64,000 nt of DNA. It comes from Octopus vulgaris. Taxonomy: Eukaryota. Of the stretch, positions 41,639 to 53,455 are shown in pieces; within the stretch, counting starts at the first letter, position 1; every line of letters begins with the position of its first letter. The notes under the pieces were generated by a model that worked only from the letters and a program-made list of their open reading frames with translations, ran no database searches and had not been told where the DNA came from. The position numbers were made by a program, and so were the translations under genes. The stretch lies in assembly GCA_951406725.2 (NCBI GenBank), contig OX597817.1, positions 83,266,001 through 83,330,000 of the forward strand, in the 5' to 3' direction.

Positions 41639-41817
41639 ACACATACATATATACGACGAGTTTCTTTCAGTTTCCGTCTACCAAATCCATTTACAAGGCT
41701 TTGGTTAGCCCGAGGCTATAGTAGAAGACACTTGCCCAAGGTGTCACGCAGTGGGACGGAACCCGGAACCATGTGGTTGGGAAGCAAGCTTTCTTACCAC
41801 GGAGCCACCCCTACGCC
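41371..41817 (-). mobile_element. SINE family A
   Basis: Reverse complement of the 22502 copy with small deletions. Confidence 0.92.
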
Positions 41818-41980
41818 TATATACAATAATAATGCAATATTAAATATAAGCATTTAAACAGTTAAATACCTATTGCTTATATACGTGTATAATATTTCAA
41901 TCATCTATCCAGAATAAAGATTATAGAACGCGTTTTCCATTTTTTCCTATACAACCTATTTAAACATATATACATTCCAT

Positions 41981-42090
41981 TAGCAACGAGCTGGCAGAAT
42001 CGTCAGCGCACCGAAGAAAATGCTTAACAGTATTTCGTCCGTCTTTACGTTCTGAGTTCAAATTACGCTGAGGTTGACTTTACCTTCCCA
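41981..42090 (+). mobile_element. SINE family B 5' part
   Basis: GAGCTGGCAGAATCGTCAGC...GAGTTCAAATT. Confidence 0.8.
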
Positions 42091-42165
42091 TTCACCCGCA
42101 ACTATATATGTGATTTTAAAAATTATTCCCAAGTGAATGGCGATCTTTCGCTTATCATCCGGGAT

Positions 42166-42569
42166 TCGTTAATTTCTGCAAAAATATTCTTCATTTATTT
42201 ACTTTTGTTTTAAAGTGAAAGATGTATGCACGTGTATATGAAATGGACGTGTGTATGTGTGTAAGAGAGAGGAAGAGAGAGAGAAAGAGAGAGAGAAGGA
42301 GAGAGTGAGTACGTACATACATTAATACATATGCATACATCTTTTTGTATGTACGTGTGCATGTGTGCGTGTGCGAGAGAGAGAAAGATAGAGAGCGAAT
42401 GTGTGTGCTCTCATGTAGCTGTAAGAGGCACTTTCTCTCTCTCTCTCACACACATACACACACATACACACACGTCCATTTCATATACACGTTCATACAT
42501 CTTTCACTTTCTCCTCTCTTCCACTTTAAAACAAAAGTAAATAAATAAAAAAATACGGAAATTAACGAA
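42166..42569. repeat. MITE-like inverted repeat with ~120-bp arms
   Basis: TTTATTTACTTTTGTTTTAAAGTG...TATATGAAATGGACGTGTG pairs with CACACGTCCATTTCATATA...CACTTTAAAACAAAAGTAAATAAA. Confidence 0.8.
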
Positions 42570-42719
42570 CAAAAACCAGCTGAAATGGATGACAGTTCTG
42601 AGAATCAAAGCGAAAGATCGCCCCAAGGGAGTACTATTGCAAAAACGTTTTCGAGTGCATTCAACGTATCTCAGCTCCAAAGATTTGGCTGCTATTTCTA
42701 GCACGCCCTACTACCACAT

Positions 42720-42955
42720 AAGAGCTATTTGCGATAAAGACCCCGAAATACCTGTTACGTGGTAGCAAGGCGTGTAAGAAACAGCAGTCACAGCCTTCCT
42801 TTTCAGAGAAAAGGAGCCGCTTACGCGTGCTTTCGACGTCACATTCGTTGAAAGCATGCAAAATAACATGGCAAAGAAAAATGCCCACGAAACAAAACTC
42901 CGTTGCTGGGAAACTCAGACTTTCCATGTGACCCAACAGGTCACGGGTAATCTAG
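42720..42955 (+). mobile_element. Helitron-like 3' end; 5' boundary uncertain
   Basis: GTGACC-CAACA-GGTCAC hairpin (42928-42944), then CTAG|T. Confidence 0.5.
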
Positions 42956-42964
42956 TATATATAT

Positions 42965-43289
42965 AAAAAAGAATGAACGGATTTCATTACGTAATATTTT
43001 TATAAGGAAAGGCAATAGAACACTCCAGCTAAGTCACAAGTATTTACTCAAAATCAACTTTTATTTCCTGTCTTACAGCTGTTCAATATGGCCACCACTT
43101 GCTGCAAGGGCAACATGAATGCGATAAAAGAATACCTCCCACACGCGTATCAGCATATCACGATCCACTGAGTTGATCGCTGTTGTTATTCGATGTTTGT
43201 TATATGTTTTTCTTGTGGGGATATATAATAGGTTGCTTTCCTTATTAAAATATTGCGTAATGAAATCGGTTCGTCGCTTTTGAATAATC

Positions 43290-43292
<3 letters not shown>
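42965..43292 (-). mobile_element. Tc1/mariner-type MITE with ~50-bp TIRs and a transposase C-terminal remnant
   Basis: GAACGGATTTCATTACGTAATATTTT...AAGGAAAG pairs with CTTTCCTT...AAAATATTGCGTAATGAAATCGGTTC. The element ends ATCCTG-TA. Confidence 0.8.
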
Positions 43293-43325
<33 letters not shown>

Positions 43326-43341
43326 TTATTATATATAAGGA

Positions 43342-43390
43342 GCTTCTACCTGACTAGTACTGTTTCATTCAAGAGAAATCTTCAGGAAGC
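43342..43390 (-). ncRNA. Type I hammerhead ribozyme, intact core, standing nearly alone between TA tracts
   Basis: Minus strand reads GCUUC CUGAAGA uUUC-UCUU-GAAu GAAAC AGUACUAGUCAG GUA GAAGC. Confidence 0.75.
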
Positions 43391-43414
43391 AAACATATAT
43401 ATATATATATATAT

Positions 43415-43809
43415 TTCAAATTTACAGAAAATAAAGAACGAAGGGACGTGAAGGAACAACAAGCAGGTATATTAGTTTAACGCTCGGGAAGAATGAATAA
43501 AACAAGGACGTGTCATTCGCAGTTTTCTCTCATTAGTCAAGTTCCCAAATCTTCTTTACAGTTTAGGCCTGTTACAATTGAGAGTGTTCAAATCTGACTG
43601 GCCGCAAAGATCTAAGCTAAGAGTATTGAATATTTTGGGAGAAAGCAAGCGAATGTGTACGACAACAAAGACAAACAAAAAACGACAAAAAAAAACGGGA
43701 AAGTTGTTCCACAATTACAAATAACAAGAAACTAACATCAGGTGTCTTTCGACTGATAGAGATGAATGAAATTGAGCTAGCGTGTGTGGAGCGAAAGCCA
43801 TGAGGTAGG

Positions 43810-43844
<35 letters not shown>

Positions 43845-44290
43845 AGAATTCACAAAAAAAAAACAAAAGACGAAGACTGGTGGTGTAGACAACAAACAAA
43901 TGTATTAGTATACCACTCGGGAAGTGAAGAAGTCTTTAACGTTTCGAGCCTACGCTCTTCCAAAGAAAGGAACACAGGAAGAAACAAGAAGAGAAAATAA
44001 AGAATGTGTAGTGGCTAGCGATCTCTCATGGCGAATACCGGACAGAAGGTTCACACGGAAGAGATAGGGAGAAGGGGAAGTACTAAAGTAGTAGTGGTCC
44101 CAATACGAAGGTGCGCGTGCGTGGGTATAAGAGAGTTTCTATGTGCGTGTGATCTTGACATGTGCATGTGTGTAGGTGTGAAATTGTGGGTCTGGTAAGT
44201 GGTCAGTACTTATGTGCGCGTGGTGGTGTGTTGTTATGTGATGTGTTGTGTGGTATGGTGGTGTAAGGTGTAGTGGTGTGTTGTGTGGTG
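43415..44290 (-). mobile_element. Two tandem family C segments split by (TA)n; minimal hammerhead relic at 43934-43969
   Basis: TATTAGT.TA..CTCGGGAAG is shared by both segments. Minus strand reads CUUU CUUUGGA AGAGC-GUAG-GCUC GAAAC GUU AAAG. Confidence 0.65.
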
Positions 44291-44344
44291 TGATGGTGTT
44301 TGGAGGTCTCCATACACAGGAAAAGTTTGTTTTTTGATCAAAAA

Positions 44345-44662
44345 CAGTTTATAAGATCCCCTATATCCCCTGATCTAACACCTCTTGATTTCTATCTTTG
44401 GGGGCATTTGAAAGATATGGTGTATCTCGAAAAGTTAAAAGACATAAATCATTTGAAGGAACGCATCACCAACTCATTTGCGCATGCATCACCAGATGTG
44501 CTACTACGAGTTCACAATGAGTGGGTTAAACGTATTGCAATGTGTATTTAAAGCAATGGTAACCATATAGGGTCTGTTAAATGGGAAAAAAACTAATCAT
44601 ATAAGCTATTTCTTATCAAAAAATAAATTGTTCCTATGTATGGCGACTTTTGAATCATCCTG
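44345..44662 (+). mobile_element. Tc1/mariner (DD41D/Tc3-like) transposase 3' fragment with TIR
   Basis: SPDLTPLDFYLWGHLKDMVY...LKERIT. Ends TTTTGAATCATCCTG-TA. Confidence 0.85.
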
Positions 44663-44682
44663 TATATATATATATATATATA

Positions 44683-44730
<48 letters not shown>

Positions 44731-45433
44731 AGTGAGTGTGTGTGTGTGTGTGTGCGTGAGTGTGTGTGTGTGTTTGTGTATAATTATTAATTATAATTGA
44801 GGATACACGAAGTACCAGCATTGCTAAAATAAGAGTCGGAAAATACTCAAATAAGCCACCATTTCACTGAAAACATGACAGGCTGACGAAAATCGAGAGC
44901 CCAGCAAAATTTAACTAACCATTGCAGCTGATAGTCGCAAATGAGAATCACAGATATTCCTATATCATATGATTTCGAACTTTGAAATGTTTCCTTTAGT
45001 TTTCATCAGTAGGTCTAGCTATTAGCCAAGGGTTAAATTTATGTTCGCTTTGTCATGGCTGTCAAAATCTTTGGAAGGCCTGCATCAAATTCAAACATTG
45101 CTATTATGCAAAAGTTTCGTAAAGTTTCAGAAAACGAAGAAAAGTAACAAAACTGCTATACTACTAAACCGGGATTTTTAAATTAATTGTTTGAAACTTC
45201 GAATACTGGCAGAATTTCTCACGTAAAACACGGTTTACACTGAACGTTTTTGACAAAATTTCGTATTTTACAAATTATTTCGTGTTAAAGTTGTCGTATT
45301 TGTGTAATTTATATATAAAACCCGTAGAGACACCGTATTTCGTTATGCATCCATGTATATTCGTTATGCATCTACAATATGTATTAAAGGTTTTTATATA
45401 TATCGTAACAAAATCATTGCTTTCTATAGAAAA

Positions 45434-45815
45434 CTAGCAGTATCGCCCGGCGTTGCTCAGGTTTGTAAGGGAAATAACTATAAAGCATTTTTAGAGTTAT
45501 AGCCAAAAAATAGCAAAAAAATGGAAAAAAATGATGGTAAAAATTTTTTTTGATAGTTAAAAATGTGGAGTTGCGTCCCCTACACAGTTTGTGGTTTGTG
45601 TTCCTGATTCTCGACCCCATGTCGAATTTATCGATTTTTTTTCAGTACTGGGGGAACTTTTCAAAATTTTCGCTGCGTTAGTTTTGAATTATGACATTGG
45701 GCTATGTGTGTGTCAAGTTTCATCAGAATCGGTTGAAAGCCGTGGTCAGGGTGAGGGTACAAGCAAACAGACACACAGAAACACGCACAGACAAACTGCC
45801 GTTTATATATAGAGA
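45434..45815 (-). mobile_element. Non-autonomous Helitron, copy 1
   Basis: Reverse complement of 46108-46478, with 5' TC and a 3' hairpin plus CTAG. Confidence 0.85.
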
Positions 45816-46072
45816 GATCTATAGCGTTAATCTTAACATATGCATGTGTGTATAAGAGGGGTGTGTATGTGTACATTGAAGTATTTCATATCTTTACGTT
45901 TTCATATGATAAGCGCAGGCGTGGCTGTGTGATTTGAAGCTTGCTTCCCAAATACATGATTTCGGGTTCAGTCCCTCTACGTGACAACTTGGGCAAGTGT
46001 CTTCCACTATAGCCTCGGGTCACCAAAACTTTGTGAGTGGATTTGGTAGATTTAAACTGAAAGAAGGCCGTC

Positions 46073-46107
<35 letters not shown>

Positions 46108-46111
<4 letters not shown>

Positions 46112-46478
46112 TATATATAAACGGCAGTTTGTCTGTGTGTGTTTCTGTGTGTCTGTTTGGTTGTACCCTCACTCTGACCACGGCTTTCAACCGATTCTGA
46201 TGAAACTTGACACACACATAGCCCAATGTCATAATTCAAAACTAACGCAGCGAAAATTTTGAAAAGTTCCCCCAGTTCTGAAAAAAAATCGATAAATTCG
46301 ACATGGGGTCGATAATCAGAAACACAAACCGCAGACTGTGTAGGGGACGCAACTCCACCTTTTTAACTCTCAAAAAAATTTACCATCATTTTTTCCCCAT
46401 ATTTTGGCTATAACTATCTAAAAATGCTTTATAGTTATTTCCCTTACAAACCCGAGCAACGCCGGGCGATACTGCTAG
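46108..46478 (+). mobile_element. Non-autonomous Helitron, copy 2 (371 bp)
   Basis: A|TC...CCCGAGCAACGCCGGG hairpin...CTAG|T, inserted at an AT dinucleotide with no TSD. Confidence 0.88.
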
Positions 46479-46494
46479 TATATATATATATATA

Positions 46495-47136
46495 AGTTCA
46501 GCAAAATTTAGATTCAAATGAATATGGTACTTAAGTCAGATGCACCAGAATTTTGCTCGATGTTATCCATATAAATCCATGGGGGTGATTATAATCAAAG
46601 TAAGCAACAATAATATCTTCGGTAATGTGGTACGATCGTTTCATGCTACATCATTTTATTAAACATTGTATGTATCACAACAGTTTTAAAATGATGAGCA
46701 ATCATCAGCCATTTATAGATGTTTCCCATCAATGCATATACTTATTTCCATGTTAATTGATAACATTAAAAAGAGGGTAGATATACAGACAGAGATGCTG
46801 ATTTGAATGTTAAGAATATTCAGGTGTTAGAATTTATCTTCTGAGTATTCTAAATACATCTGTTTCTAAAGTATCACTTTATGTCAGATTTCGTTCTCAT
46901 GCAAAGAATCCTCGACGGATATTTCTGAAGAGTCAGAAGATAAATTCTAACACCTTAATGTTCTTAACATTCAAATCATCATCCTTATCTGTATATCTAC
47001 CCTTTTTATAATGTCATCAATTAACATGGAAATAAGTATATGTGTTGATGGAAAACCCCTACAAATGGCTGATGATTGGTGAACAGTTTAAAACTGTTGT
47101 AATACTTACAATGTTTAATAAAATGATGTAGCGTGA
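46495..47136 (-). mobile_element. Penelope-like terminal region with an inverted partial copy (arms ~46641-46843 and 46933-47136)
   Basis: ~200-bp diverged inverted repeat between TA tracts that carries a hammerhead. The spacer recurs inverted at about 47934-48018. Confidence 0.7.
46624..46713 (-). ncRNA. Type I hammerhead ribozyme, intact core, long helix II
   Basis: Minus strand reads AAUGG CUGAUGA uUGCU-CAUCAUUUUA...UAAAAUGAUG-UAGCAu GAAAC GAUC GUA CCACAUU. Helix III is the palindrome ACGAUCGU. Confidence 0.85.
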
Positions 47137-47137
47137 T

Positions 47138-47271
<134 letters not shown>

Positions 47272-48238
47272 TTCATGTGTGTCTGTGTTTGTCCCCCCAC
47301 CATCGCTTGACAACAGATTTTGGTGTGTCTACGTCTCCGTAACTTACTGGTTTGTCCAAAGAACCGATAGAATAAATGCCAGGCTTGCGAAGAATAAGTC
47401 CTGAGGTCAATTTCTTTGACTAAAAGGTGGTGCTTCAGCATGGCCGCAGTCAAATGAATGAAACGTGTAAAAGAATAAAAGAATACTGAATAATAATATA
47501 ATCAACCGTTGAAATTAGAATATTTTACCAATAACAAGACTGTCAATCATCTAACGTCCATCTTTAACTGAAAATCACATATCTCGTGTCCTTCTAAAGT
47601 ATACATAACTGTTCTCCGCATGAAATAACTCCGTAATAAAGACTTTTAAAGTCAATTTGTCTCTTATTTTACGTTGATACACATTACTTGCTGATACATT
47701 TATGCGATATTCCTTTTAATTCCTTTTTTGCCTATCATTTTATGCTGTCAAGGCATCAGTTGAACGCTCCTTCTTTACTAAGTACCTGAGTGAAATTACT
47801 GTCAGAATTGCTTAAGATCTCTTTTAAATTGTTCGTGAAGGACAACTCATACCTAATCTAAAGGTATACAGCATCATGTTTAAATTTAGATCGCTGAAGC
47901 AGTATTTAAATTCTTTCTTCTTTGACATATATTTCAGAAATATTCGTTGAGGATTCTTTGCATGAGAACGAAATCTGACATAAAGTACATCTCTTTAGAA
48001 AGAGATGTATTTAGAATAGCGCGTTAAAAATAAAAAATACTGTTCATTATATACTGAACGTAAATAATCTATTACATATATATGTATGTGTGTGTATATG
48101 TGTGCTTGTGTGTATATGTATGAACGCACAAACACACACACGTATACCTACATATATATATATATATATATAAGAATTTTTTGCGTAATAAAATAAAAAA
48201 ACTAATGTGTGTAGATATTAGAGCATTTATAGATAGAA

Positions 48239-48292
48239 GGTCTTACAGCTGTTTCTACGATATTTATTAATTATATCCCTTCATCGGAGACC
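48239..48292 (-). ncRNA. Type I hammerhead ribozyme (U4C variant) within a TA-flanked element at ~48172-48596
   Basis: Minus strand reads GGUCU CCGAUGA aggGAUAU-loop-AUAUCgua GAAAC AGCU GUA AGACC. Confidence 0.8.
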
Positions 48293-48593
48293 GTGTGAGA
48301 CGATAGTTAAGTCATAGTTTAGATGTGATTCAAAATGGAGAGTGAGGTGGAGGAAAGAAAATAGACGCAAGATATGAATGGGTATTGAAGTTGTAAATCC
48401 ATTTTTTAGGCATAATGGTATATATGCAATATTCTAATATCCTATGAGTAAAGTCCAAAAGTCTAACAGAGTTTAAAATGAGTCCATCCAAATATAGAGT
48501 TTATAAGTAATGTAAGATTCCCTTATGAATGAGATCCAGCAGATTTTTAAACTTGGTCATTCCCAGTAGAGAATTTATATACAGTGTAGCAGA

Positions 48594-48650
<57 letters not shown>

Positions 48651-48659
48651 TATATATAC

Positions 48660-48840
48660 ATATTATTCAAAGAAGAATACAGTGTACGTTCAAACACAAA
48701 CGAGATACCCGAAGAATAGGATATCTGACTCGCTAGAAAGAGCAGTTAAAACTCCAGTCTCTTTCTTGCGAGTCAGATATCCTATTCTTCGTGTATCACT
48801 TTTGTGTTTGAAGTACACTGTATTCTTCTTTGAATAATAT
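48660..48840. repeat. Imperfect inverted repeat with ~82-bp arms and a 16-nt loop, beside (TA)n
   Basis: TATTATTCAAAGAAGAATACAGTGTAC...GAAAGAG pairs with CTCTTTC...GTACACTGTATTCTTCTTTGAATAATA. Confidence 0.92.
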
Positions 48841-50417
48841 ATAGTCTATTGACTAATTTTTTCCTTTCTCGCTAGACCACTGGTAACTAAGAATTTTTCT
48901 ATGAATATTCTTGCTACCCTAAGATTTTAATTAATGATATATATATATGCATACATATACATAGTAAGACAACATGAAAAAGATAGAAAATAATTTTCTG
49001 AAAATCCATTAGGATATCTATCATATCGCTTTCTCCTCATTAATGTAAGACAAATTCATAACTTCTTTGTAAAACTACATGGATTCGTTCTTATAAAGAT
49101 AAATGTATCGTAAAGATCTTGTAATCTAGTCATAATTTTCATTTTTCATCTTTATATAAGCAATGCCACCTTTCCTTTGTTTGTAATTTTGAAGATAATG
49201 AGGTACTGGAATTGTTACAAACATGTTTTCTTAAATATATTCTAATTTTAAACAAACATTATCAACTACTTAATTTCTCTTATATCAAATGTACCTCCAT
49301 GTCATTCATGCATAAATCTCGTTTCTACATGCTAGAGTGTCGTTCATAACATACCACTTAAACACCATTCCAATATATCAAATATAAGTAATAATGAAAT
49401 AAAATATTCCTAACTCAACGTTAGATCTATTTTCAATATTTCTCAAAAATTTAAACTGTTTTTTTTATATCTTTCACTGATTTTGTTTTCAGAAAACATT
49501 TTAATACAAAGTAAAAAAGAAAAATGAAAAAAATCGTAAAATTGTACCAATTCGAAAATTAACAGACGTAAGGTATTTAATTCATTGCTATAAATATTAT
49601 ATTGTTCGTTACTGCTGAAGAAATCGTACAATATTCCATAACGTTCCAAGATCAAGGAAATAATTAATACACCAAATTTATTTTCGTTAACCAGAATATG
49701 AGAAAAGTAATATTAACAAATTCTTTAATTGCCAATATCACATTGTAAAAAGTTCTGACTTAAAACGTTTTTACATTGAAAAGAAGAAATTTAGCAGCCT
49801 AATTCAATATGGTATTATCGAATCGACTTATATACCAATTTGACTGAATGAATAATGTTTCTGTGGATATTATATTCAAAACTGTTTTTCGTAAAATTTT
49901 GATAAAAATTGCTGCTAATATTGAACACATAAAGCAGAGCAAGCACAACAGATTCAAGCTGAAGAGGAACATTAAAAGTAAGAAAACAAATTCTCTAGGC
50001 GTAAAGCATGAATATTAATGGATATTGATTCATACTTCTTTATATTATTCGAGATTATAACAAAATTAACGTATTGACTTCCAATGATGTCTTCGATATA
50101 TATCTACGTACTTTTGTATCGCACAAAGATGTGAGATCGGAGACTTCAGAAAAATGTGAGAAGGCATTTTGAGAGGTGTTACAGACATACAAGAAGTAAC
50201 ATAGCTCCATAGGCGCATTTATGTATTTTACTTATACATTCAGAAGTATAAATATATTTATAATAAAATATTTTTATCCGTTCTATATTTGAAGTAAATG
50301 TGAAGTTCTAACAAACTTAACTGTGGCAGTTATTATTAATCATATATTATCTGTAGACTCCACGGCGAATTTTGATTTCTGATTATAGACATTAATTTTC
50401 TTTACATTGCTAACATA

Positions 50418-50817
50418 GCCGCAGGGGTGACTTTGTAGTAAAAAGCTCGATTCCCAACCACATGGTTCCGGGTTCAATCTAACTGCATGGCATCTTGAGC
50501 AAATGTCTTCTACTAATGCCTCGGGCCGAACAACGTCTTGTGAGTAGATTTGGTGGACAGAATCGGAAAGAAGCCAGTCTTATATATATATACATTATAT
50601 ATATTATATGTAGTTATTTGTGTGTCTGTATTTGTTTCCCCACCATGGCTTGACACCGATATTGGTGCGTTTACGTCTCCGTACAATAACGGTTCCGCAA
50701 AAGAGACCGATAAAATAAGTGCTAAGCTTACAAAAAATAAGTCCTGGGGCCGATTCGTTAGACTAAAAGAGGTGCTCCAGCATGGCTGCAGTCAAATGAC
50801 TGAAACAAGTAAAAGAA
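50418..50817 (+). mobile_element. SINE family A, diverged
   Basis: Collinear with the 22502 copy. Confidence 0.85.
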
Positions 50818-51259
50818 AAATCCTAAGAAAAAACATATTAATTTCATTCCTTACATTTTCTTCTCACAGTTTACCTCATTAAAATTTCACTGACATACCA
50901 AGAAGAGTTTAACACTCCTAAATATTCGTTCATTTCCAGATATTCTCCTCAAGAGTTTTTTTCTTTTTAACTATGTTTCTTTTCTTTTAAGGGCCATTCA
51001 CTTTTTCGTCGCTATGCCTATTTCTGCATTCCCCCTTTTTTTTGTATCTATCTTGTTTTCTATTTCTCTTCGCGCTTTCACTTCTTTTTCTTTCCTTTCA
51101 TAGCAAAAAACAAAAATCAACTTACAAATGATTAATACGACACTTTTTTATGATCTCTAAGTTTCACGTCGATAACAGTTTTATTTTGAAATTCCTCTTA
51201 ACATATCTACTAAGATGATAAATGATTCCATTCCAAGAGCTACATCAAAGATGATGCTT

Positions 51260-51760
51260 CTCAGAAAGCAGTTTCACCTAATCAAAATATGGCTTTTTCG
51301 AGGAATCTTACTCTTATAACTCTGTCACTTAATATCGATAATAGGAAATATTCAAAACCATATATTAAACACATGAACCGTAGATATAATAAACTCACGT
51401 GAAACATTCTTTTATTCACAAGCATTCTGGACATATATGAAGTATGGGAACGATTTGGTTTATGTATGCGTCCGTGCATAGATGAAACCACAGCGTTGTT
51501 CTGCTGATAATGCCAATGTATGTATTACGATATCACTGACATAGGGGTTAATATGAGGAAGATAACGATGAATAGAATGTGGGTGTAAGAAAACACGCAT
51601 TTTTATATGGTACAGAAAATATGAGCTATACTTAAATTGATATATTAGATGTGGGAAGCAATATCCTAATAGATTTTGCAAATTCTTATCAGAACAGAAA
51701 TCTTTGATGGACTTATCTTGATAACTAAGTTAGAAATAATTAATTTGCATGAGCCATTCA
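51260..51760 (-). mobile_element. Decayed Penelope-like RT fragment
   Basis: HGRIHKPN resembles the PLE motif YGLPKIHKPN. Otherwise heavily degenerate. Confidence 0.35.
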
Positions 51761-52875
51761 GCTGATAAAACATTGGGATTGTGTCTTATGTATGGAGCGA
51801 GAATATTTTGCATTATATGAGAAAAACATAAGCTCATTGGAGCAAACAATGAAGGCAATTAAACAGAATTCGCTGTCAAACTAGGAAGTTCATAAATGGT
51901 GTCCATCGATCATTCGATTTAAAAACGTATACTCGCTGGAGATTTTCTCATTTAAAACTAATGGACTTACGAAGCTTTTCGTGGTTTTAGCAAACCTAAG
52001 TCTGTTATTGAAAGTAAATTACAGAATTATTCGCACTCACAAGTGAATTAGCCATTAAATAGAATCGTGGATACCAAGCTAAACAAAAATTGCGATAGTG
52101 TCATAACATGTTTTTTTTTTAAATTTGCAATATATCAGTTAGCTTTCAAAAAGAGCAATACTATTGTTGAAGAAATGGTGAATAGACAGTTCACAATAAC
52201 TGTATTTTACAATTCAAAAGACATCATTCAGGTCGGTTTGAACCGTCGAACAATTGAAGTTAGTTGTCTCCTCATCTCAAAATGACATGTGATGATGACC
52301 TCGGAAGATGAATGCGGGAGAGAATGCAAGCATTTGTACAAGATAAATAAACTCACGTCATGCAACTACAACAAACAATTGAAAGAAAGAATTAAATAAC
52401 TTTCTGGTTCTTAGCATTCAGAGGTGACTAATGTAAAGGTGAAATATATCATAGTATAGTGTAGTATCCCTGAAATTTAATCTGAAGTACGACAAAAACA
52501 CTTTTTAACTCGACATTTCGTTTTTCACTGTTTTTTCATATTTCATATTTTCCCACCATCTCTTTTCCTAGAATTCCAAGTTTTCTAATCTCTACAGAAA
52601 CAGGATAATTAAAATATGTATTCAATATCGAACTTACTAGCAGTAGATATTCCAATTTCAAAGCAAAAGCAAACAAAACCTGATATGAAAATTATAGATA
52701 AGCAATGTTTAATGCAAGTTATTTAGGCTATTTATTAATAACTCCTATGTATATTAAGAATAGTGCAGTGTGTAAGAAGGTTTTGCTTGGCTTAAAAGCA
52801 TCATGAATAATTCAAATTTTTTAAATTATCATTCCATAACCTCTTTACTAGCAATTTATCGTAAGAATGTTATGT

Positions 52876-53040
52876 TCGACTGGCGTGGGTGTATGGTGAG
52901 AAACTTGTTTCTTAACAACATAGTTCTGGGTCCAGTCCCACTGCATGGTACTTTTGGCAAGTCTGTTCTACAATAGCCTCGGGCTGACCAAAGTCTTGCG
53001 AGTGGATTTAGTACAGGGAAGCTGAAAGTAACCTGTCGTG
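52876..53040 (+). mobile_element. SINE family A 5' half
   Basis: tRNA head and TTGGCAAGT, running to the internal microsatellite. Confidence 0.8.
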
Positions 53041-53080
53041 TATATATATATATATATATATACATACATATACATATATA

Positions 53081-53137
<57 letters not shown>

Positions 53138-53138
53138 G

Positions 53139-53455
53139 CAGGGGTTAGACAAAATAATGGAAACACCTAGCAACATAATTTTGAAATATCTATAAAACCG
53201 TCAAAAATCTTGTTTATTTTTATGTTTTTGATTTATTATTAGTGTTGCTTAATATCTTTGGCTAAAATCGTTTCTTTTCAGATATCATCTGAAAAAGATA
53301 ATAAAAATTCATTAAAATGACAGATCTGCTGGACTTTCAAAGAGGTCAAATTGTTGGTGCTCATATGGCAGGCACTAGCGTAGCGAAAGCAGCCGAAATG
53401 TTTGGTGTATCAAGAAGTAATGCCACGAAAGTAATGACAGCCTTTGAGAAAGAGG
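53139..53455 (+). mobile_element. Tc1-like element, 5' TIR plus transposase N-terminus (same family as 12147)
   Basis: CAGGGGTTAGACAAAATAATGGAAACACCT. Translation MTDLLDFQRGQIVGAHMAGTSVAKAAEMFGVSRS. Confidence 0.88.
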
